Assembly: GCA_031374825.1 (NCBI GenBank)
Contig: JANMGV010000004.1
Span: forward strand, 19,605 to 83,604
Reading direction: 5' to 3'
Source: Pirellulaceae bacterium
GTDB taxonomy: Bacteria > Planctomycetota > Planctomycetia > Pirellulales > Pirellulaceae
Length of the DNA: 64,000 nt
Notes under the pieces: generated by a model
Database searches by the model: none
What the model saw: only the letters and a program-made list of their open reading frames with translations
What the model was told of the DNA's origin: nothing
Shown here: positions 58,504 through 64,000 of the stretch, one piece after another
Layout of the letters: every line of letters begins with the position of its first letter
Position numbering within the stretch: position 1 is the first letter of the stretch
Translations under genes and position numbers: made by a program

Positions 58504-59142
58504 TTACCTAGGCGACGTTGAGCACTCTGCCGTGCAACCACAACTGTAATCTCGTTCAAAACCGTCCTTTGTTACTTTCCAGGCTTGAGACCAGGGAAGT
58601 CTCGAGTCTTCTCCGCGAAAAGCTTCCCAGCCGACTGCTAATTCGGTCTCGATTTCATCCCACGATTTTCGGTTGAATTGTTTCTTAGCAAGCACGCCAT
58701 ACCGAAAGGCTACATCGTAGTCGGCGTATCCGAAGACTTCATGGTTTTCAACAGCGTAAACATCTCCGGCTTTAATTTCCGCGATTGCTTCATCAGCTTG
58801 AAAATTCGAAAGCTCGTCCAATACCATTTTTCCCGTCAACCCGCCGGTCAGTCCACCAAAGACCGAGCCAACGACGGCTCCGATTTGCCCAGCAATCGAA
58901 CCAGCCGCAGCGCCAGATACCGCACCGCCAATCAAAGTGCCGATCGCAACTCCGATTGGATGGAAATCTTCTGGCTGCTGTAAATGCTTTGAGTTGGTCT
59001 CGTCTAAATGTAAAACGGCTTGATCAACTCGCCAATCTTCTCCTGCGATATCACTTGCAGAGCATTGGATAGGATCGTCGCTTTCTACTTTTCCCATTGG
59101 AGTGCCACTCATTTTAGAAGACCTCCAACTCTCTGTTATCAC
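58504..59142 (-). CDS. glycine-zipper membrane protein, hypothetical
   Basis: GGAVSGAAAGSIAGQIGAVVGSVFGGLTGGLTG is a glycine-zipper TM motif. Confidence 0.5.
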   Translation of the reverse strand: MITESWRSSKMSGTPMGKVESDDPIQCSASDIAGEDWRVDQAVLHLDETNSKHLQQPEDFHPIGVAIGTLIGGAVSGAAAGSIAGQIGAVVGSVFGGLTGGLTGKMVLDELSNFQADEAIAEIKAGDVYAVENHEVFGYADYDVAFRYGVLAKKQFNRKSWDEIETELAVGWEAFRGEDSRLPWSQAWKVTKDGFERDYSCGCTAECSTSPR

Positions 59143-59200
59143 GTCGAATCAACGCATCGAGCTAAGAGGATTCTTTCGAATCCACTGGCAGCACCATGAT

Positions 59201-59374
59201 TTAGACAACATCTTTTCGACGGAAAGCGCCGGTAAAGAGGCTGATAACAAAAAGTACCAGGAAGAGGACGAACAGGATCTTCGCAATTTCAGCGGCGCCA
59301 GCGGCGATTCCACCAAATCCGAAAATAGCTGCAATCAATGCTAAAACAAAAAATGTAAGTGCCCAAGACAACAT
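59201..59374 (-). CDS. DUF1328 (UPF0391/YtjA-like) small membrane protein, 57 aa (below ORF-track cutoff)
   Basis: I translated it by hand: [57 protein letters not shown]. This is the characteristic DUF1328 sequence. Confidence 0.6.
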   Translation of the reverse strand: MLSWALTFFVLALIAAIFGFGGIAAGAAEIAKILFVLFLVLFVISLFTGAFRRKDVV

Positions 59375-59760
59375 GATTCCGCTCCTAAAAAGTATTTTAG
59401 TGATTTTGAGAAAGATCGATTGATTACCGAACTAAATGACTTAACGCAAAGAACGTTCCATAAAAAATTGAAAGTCTTTTAAACACCAAAAAAGAGTTCT
59501 ATTCGGATGCTAAAAGTGAGAGGAAGTCGATAAATATTTTGAAACTGAACCGCCGTCGATCAGACGAATCAAGGATGTGGTCGATAATCGAGCAGTGCTT
59601 TTAGCGTTTGCCATTCCGCGATAAGCGGCGCGCTATTTGCGCCACCTTTGGGATAATGTTTTGATGAAATCGGATAATAGTGGCGTGATGGAATCGAATC
59701 TGCTCATCGTGTAAGATCTGATCCCCTGCCTCGAATCCCTGCCCGGAAAGACAAAACTGA

Positions 59761-60129
59761 ATGATGATAAAATTCGACTTTGCCGCCACTATGCACAACT
59801 TGAATAACGATCGAGAAATGATGAATGCAATCGCTGAAATCGTAATAGCCGATCTACCACCCTTGGTTTCCGATCTTCGCCAAGCATCCAAAGTGGGAGA
59901 CAAGAAGAAGATGCGACAGGCTGCTCATACTATCAAAGGATTAGCGGGGAATTTTCGCGCACAGCCACTCGTCGACTTGGCCGGGAAACTGGAAACGGAT
60001 ATCGAAACACTTTCTGAAAACAGCATTTTTTCGCTTGTAGACGAAGTTGATTTTATTACCAATGCGACCATTCAATCTCTAGGCGAAGAGCTAAAAATCG
60101 ATTCGAGCAATGCCCCAATCACTCCTTGA
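59761..60129 (+). CDS. stand-alone histidine phosphotransfer (Hpt) domain protein
   Basis: The AHTIKGLAGNF motif contains the phosphorylatable His of Hpt domains. Confidence 0.7.
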   Translation: MMIKFDFAATMHNLNNDREMMNAIAEIVIADLPPLVSDLRQASKVGDKKKMRQAAHTIKGLAGNFRAQPLVDLAGKLETDIETLSENSIFSLVDEVDFITNATIQSLGEELKIDSSNAPITP

Positions 60130-60306
60130 TTAGCTTCAAAATTGCCGACTCGCCCCGCTTTTCGAGTAAGCTATGGCATAGGAATTGCGAACGCTCTACG
60201 AATCACCAGTATTGGTGTCTAGCTGCCTGATTGGTTCTCGATCAAGCAGCATGGGCGGTCATCGATCAATTCGAGCCATTCTTGTTTTCGCAGGGGTTAA
60301 TAGAAC

Positions 60307-62145
60307 ATGGAACGTTATCAACTTGGAAGTTGGGTAGCAGTGGAAGGTGGTGTTCAGTTTCGCGTATGGGCACCCAATGCAGAACAAGTGTCCGTTGTTG
60401 GAGATTTCAATAAGTGGGACGGACAAAAGCATCCAATGCAACGAGATGACAAAGGATGTTGGTCTGTTCGGGTTCCCGAAGCTTCTGTCGGGCACGAGTA
60501 TCGTTACGAGATTAAACGTGGCGACAACCGGTTTACGCGAATTGATCCCTATGCTGTTGATGTAACGAACTCAGTTGGTAACGCGGTCGTGTGGGATCTT
60601 TCTTTCGACTGGGGCAGTAGTGACTTTCAAGTTCCTGCAAAGAACGATCTCGTTATCTACGAACTGCATGTAGGCACATTCAATGTCGCTCAGGATGGAA
60701 AGCCCGCGACGCTCGACGATTGTGCCAAGCGATTGGATTACTTACAAAGTCTCGGGATCAACGCCATTGAATTAATGCCCTGTGCTGAATTTGCTGGCGA
60801 CTATTCGTGGGGCTATAACCCCGCGCACCTTTTTGCAGTCGAGCGAGCTTATGGTGGCCCGATGGCGCTCAAGCGATTTGTTAAGGCTGCTCACGACCGT
60901 GGCATGGCTGTCATTCTCGATGTTGTTTACAACCATTTTGGACCCAGTGATTTATCTTTGTGGCAGTTTGACGGTTGGTCCGAAAACGGAAAAGGCGGAA
61001 TTTATTTTTACAACGATTGGCGAAGCAACACTCCTTGGGGTGAAACTCGACCTGACTACGGCCGATCAGAAGTTCGCGATTTTATTTTGAACAACGCAAG
61101 ATTTTGGCTAGAAGAGTTTCATGTAGATGGTCTGAGATTGGATATGACCTTGTACATTCGTCATGTGCGTGGCGATGGCGATCCTGGGGGAGAATTGCCC
61201 GAAGGATGGCAGTTGACGCAATCGATCAATGAAATGGTCCATCGAGATTTTCCAGGCTGCATTACGATTGCAGAAGATTTGCAGAATAACGATTGGCTAA
61301 CGAAAGGCGTCGCCGATGGTGGTGCGGGGTTTGATTTGCAATGGGACGCGAACTTCGTTCATCCTGTCCGTCGATGTGTCATTCCAATAGATGACGCTAC
61401 ACGATCGCTGGATGATATCAAACTTGCAATTTTCTCGAATTACAACGGCGATCCGCTTCAGCGAGTTGTATACAGTGAGTCGCACGATGAAGTTGCCAAC
61501 GGCAAAGCTCGCGTTCCGACGGAGATCGATCCGGATTCGCCTGAAAGTTATTATTCAAAAAAGCGTTCTACGCTTGCGGCAGCGCTTGCATTAACCGTGC
61601 CGGGCGTGCCTATGATTTTCCAGGGCCAAGAGCTTTTGGAGGATGAATGGTTTCGCGATACGGATCCTATCGAGTGGTCACGTCGCAACAATTTTTCAGG
61701 TATTCATAGGATGTATCGTGATTTGATACACCTTCGCAGAAACATGACGAACGAATCGAAGGGTCTAACTGGAACCGGTGTTCATCTAGTTTACGAAAGT
61801 TACGAATACGGCGTCCTTGCCTTCCATCGCTGGGGATCCGAGGGTGCAGTAGGTAACGTCATTGTATTGCTGAATATCAGTCACGAAACGCGCGAAGGTG
61901 TCGCCATTGCAATGCCTCACGCCGGCCGCTGGGATGTTCGATTTAATTCGGACTGGTCAGGTTACTCGAAGGATTTCGACGATATCGCCATGCGATCGGA
62001 AATTGAAATTGATGGCTCGAATCGAATTGGAAAATTTAGTTTGGCTCCCTACAGCATTCAGATCGCAGTCTATCGTGGGGAGCATAACGAAACGGAAACG
62101 TCGTCCGGAAATCAAGAATTACAGCCGGCGGCCTCTGGCAAGTAG
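60307..62145 (+). CDS. GH13 alpha-amylase-family enzyme with N-terminal CBM48, TreZ-like (malto-oligosyltrehalose trehalohydrolase) rather than GlgB/GlgX
   Basis: The N-terminal domain is CBM48 (FRVWAPNAEQVSVVGDFNKW). LVIYELHVGTF matches the TreZ signature; GlgX has YEAHVRGF and GlgB has YEMHLGSW. Other conserved regions are GINAIELMP, VILDVVYNHFGP, GLRLDMT and SHDE. Confidence 0.8.
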   Translation: MERYQLGSWVAVEGGVQFRVWAPNAEQVSVVGDFNKWDGQKHPMQRDDKGCWSVRVPEASVGHEYRYEIKRGDNRFTRIDPYAVDVTNSVGNAVVWDLSFDWGSSDFQVPAKNDLVIYELHVGTFNVAQDGKPATLDDCAKRLDYLQSLGINAIELMPCAEFAGDYSWGYNPAHLFAVERAYGGPMALKRFVKAAHDRGMAVILDVVYNHFGPSDLSLWQFDGWSENGKGGIYFYNDWRSNTPWGETRPDYGRSEVRDFILNNARFWLEEFHVDGLRLDMTLYIRHVRGDGDPGGELPEGWQLTQSINEMVHRDFPGCITIAEDLQNNDWLTKGVADGGAGFDLQWDANFVHPVRRCVIPIDDATRSLDDIKLAIFSNYNGDPLQRVVYSESHDEVANGKARVPTEIDPDSPESYYSKKRSTLAAALALTVPGVPMIFQGQELLEDEWFRDTDPIEWSRRNNFSGIHRMYRDLIHLRRNMTNESKGLTGTGVHLVYESYEYGVLAFHRWGSEGAVGNVIVLLNISHETREGVAIAMPHAGRWDVRFNSDWSGYSKDFDDIAMRSEIEIDGSNRIGKFSLAPYSIQIAVYRGEHNETETSSGNQELQPAASGK

Positions 62146-63170
62146 ATTCTAGCCCTGCTATCCGTGATCCCCATCGGACTCGTACGGCGACATAATTCGC
62201 CATCGAGTCCGATTTTTCTTATGGAAAGCTATTATGGAAGGCTAGTGTAAAGAAATCGATCCGCTCATCTGCTTCCATCGAACTCTCGTTCCGCGATCAA
62301 ACGGAATTTGAAGTCGGCGAAAACATTCAACCGTCGAGCCCGCTTGATCATTTGAGCAGTGCAATCTCCAGCGGGATTCTACTTTTTTTTCCGAGAAATA
62401 GCCAATTGGTCTCGTTCAATCTAGGTACAACCTTCGGCTTTCGACGGCAGATTTTTGGCATCAGACGAAGACACCTCTCGCTGCTCGCCCCCACCGATAG
62501 CATCGAACTCGTACTCGTACTCAGTGAAACGGTACTCGTACTCGTAGTCGCTGCATTTTCCAGCAGAAACCCCCGTACCGCCTGGACTGTGCGACAAATA
62601 GCAGTTTAAAAATTAGTTTTGATGCGACTCTTGTTCGCAATTGCTAGTGCGAGCATTCTGAAGCCTGAAAGGCTGTTACAACCTCTGCCGGTGGTGATAA
62701 CCACCGGTTGAGATCCAATGCTAAGAAAAAAGCCCGAAGGGCTGACACAACAATAGACCGCTCCGGAAACACTGCTCGAACTCGGAGTTGATGTGTCGGC
62801 CCTTCGGGCCTTTTCGCTTCAAATCAAGACACACCGGGGCCTTCGACCCCGGCAAAGGATTTGCCAGCCCTTCGGGCTTAAATCCATTCCTGACGGCGAT
62901 GTGTTCTAACTCAACTCAGAAGAAAAATCGACCATGTTCATTTTCTGAAATGCTCTCCAAACTGCTATTTATCGCACAACCCCCGTACCGGCTGCACTTT
63001 TGTACGTGTAAGAGAGTGTCGTCGATCCTCCCAGTTCACCAATCGCAACGACGTTGGTCAGCGAGAGATGTCCCGCTTAGCACCCTTGTAAGCCCACCCA
63101 GTCGAATCGGCCCGGCCAAACCTCACAGGCGATTTGTATTTGTTTGTCGAAGAAGACTCTAAGTCGGCGC

Positions 63171-63205
63171 ATAAAAAAACCTCCCGCAAATGAATGCGGG
63201 AGGTT
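63171..63205 (-). terminator. intrinsic terminator downstream of DUF892 gene
   Basis: aacctcccgca-aatgaa-tgcgggaggtt. On the minus strand the hairpin is followed by TTTTTTT. Confidence 0.7.
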
Positions 63206-63292
63206 CATCTTAGACCAAGCAATCATCTATTTCGAATGTGGACAGCATCCCACCGAAAGTGTGCACATTCATCACGAACGAAGGTGACTCTC

Positions 63293-63781
63293 TTAAACAT
63301 TCGCTGAAACGTTGATTTTTTGGCTAAGCTGTGTCAGTTTCTTATCTGCGTTTTCTTCCTCATTGATGGTTTCCTTAAGTTGGGCCAACGCGTTGTCGTA
63401 CTCCAACAATTTTGCCCATGTGCAAAGGGTGCCATAGGTTGCAATCTCATAATGCTCGACCTTTTGGGCACAAGCGATCAAGATGGCATCCATGACATGA
63501 GGTTCCATGTCCTCTTCCATGCAAGACGAAGCTTCCTTTAGGAGTCCTTCCATTGCTTCACACTTTTTAGCTCGGGGAGCTTTTCCGGTATCTTGGAAAG
63601 CCGCTTCGATTCGTTCCACTTGGTGCTGGGTCTCTTCCAAGTGCGATTCGAAAGCTTCGCGAAGCTTGTCGCTGGTCGCAGCCTTTGCCATTTTGGGCAG
63701 CGCTTTGAGCAATTGCATTTCAGCGTGGTAAATATCGCGAAGCTCGTCGTAAAAGAGGTCCTGTAAATTCTTAATCGCCAT
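63293..63781 (-). CDS. DUF892 (YciE/YciF-like) ferritin-like domain protein
   Basis: [35 protein letters not shown]...[11 protein letters not shown] is typical of DUF892 ferritin-like stress proteins. Confidence 0.75.
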   Translation of the reverse strand: MAIKNLQDLFYDELRDIYHAEMQLLKALPKMAKAATSDKLREAFESHLEETQHQVERIEAAFQDTGKAPRAKKCEAMEGLLKEASSCMEEDMEPHVMDAILIACAQKVEHYEIATYGTLCTWAKLLEYDNALAQLKETINEEENADKKLTQLSQKINVSANV

Positions 63782-64000
63782 ACTAAATCTCCCCGTTCTG
63801 ATCGGTTTTTGACTAACAAAGTAACAATGCGGTTGCTGGTATATCGTGAGTCGAGCGATATTATTTTCTTCGATTGGTTTGAGGCCGGTTGATGACCAAT
63901 AACAGCTCTTTCAAGCTGCGTTCAAATCCAATCGACTGTGATCGCCGATAGAAGTTTCGGTAGAAGCAACCGGCATGCCGAAAAAATTAAATCAATAAAA

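Overview
This 64-kb window looks like a chromosomal segment from a Planctomycetota genome, probably Pirellulales-like. The evidence is the family content: paired DUF1501 and DUF1549/DUF1553 (PSCyt/PSD1) proteins, an NHL-repeat protein, a LamG/PSCyt1 protein, many signal-anchored hypotheticals, and very few Shine-Dalgarno-like leaders.

About 60% of the genes are on the minus strand. Most of the window is ordinary housekeeping or Planctomycete-specific content:
- an OPT-family oligopeptide transporter, an FHA protein with an alpha/beta-hydrolase, and BirA
- an octaheme cytochrome c fused to a TPR domain
- Ogt, an SsuA/NMT1-type ABC transporter, and a DAG-kinase-family lipid kinase
- the split transhydrogenase pntAA-pntAB-pntB, Zwf, and an FAD oxidoreductase
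- a CsbD/DUF883/holin-like stress cluster, an AI-2E transporter, and a CHASE3 hybrid histidine kinase with a stand-alone Hpt
- a TreZ-like GH13 enzyme and a DUF892 ferritin-like protein

Two regions stand out.

(i) 28.8-39.3 kb is a co-directional lipid-type biosynthetic cluster. A FabH-like KAS III, YqgE/AlgH and a metallophosphoesterase are followed by a 1142-aa tri-domain fusion protein: FAAL (fatty acyl-AMP ligase), ACP, and alpha-oxoamine synthase (PLP-dependent). After it come a coiled-coil protein, an SPFH/COG4260 protein, a hypothetical, and a zinc-ribbon-anchored S9-type hydrolase.

(ii) 41.2-48.9 kb is an accessory hotspot containing:
- two degraded IS110-family elements, each inserted within about 10 bp upstream of a gene start
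- a toxin-antitoxin-like gene pair
- a ~430-530-bp sequence present in three co-oriented copies, each copy filling the intergenic region directly upstream of a different minus-strand membrane or secreted gene (nhaA, a 4-TM protein, an exported protein)

Beyond those, a ~1.1-kb noncoding stretch (50.6-51.6 kb) holds a candidate structured sRNA with an intrinsic terminator. A second ~1.1-kb noncoding stretch (62.15-63.29 kb) is dense with GC hairpins and short direct repeats. No rRNA, tRNA or CRISPR array was found.
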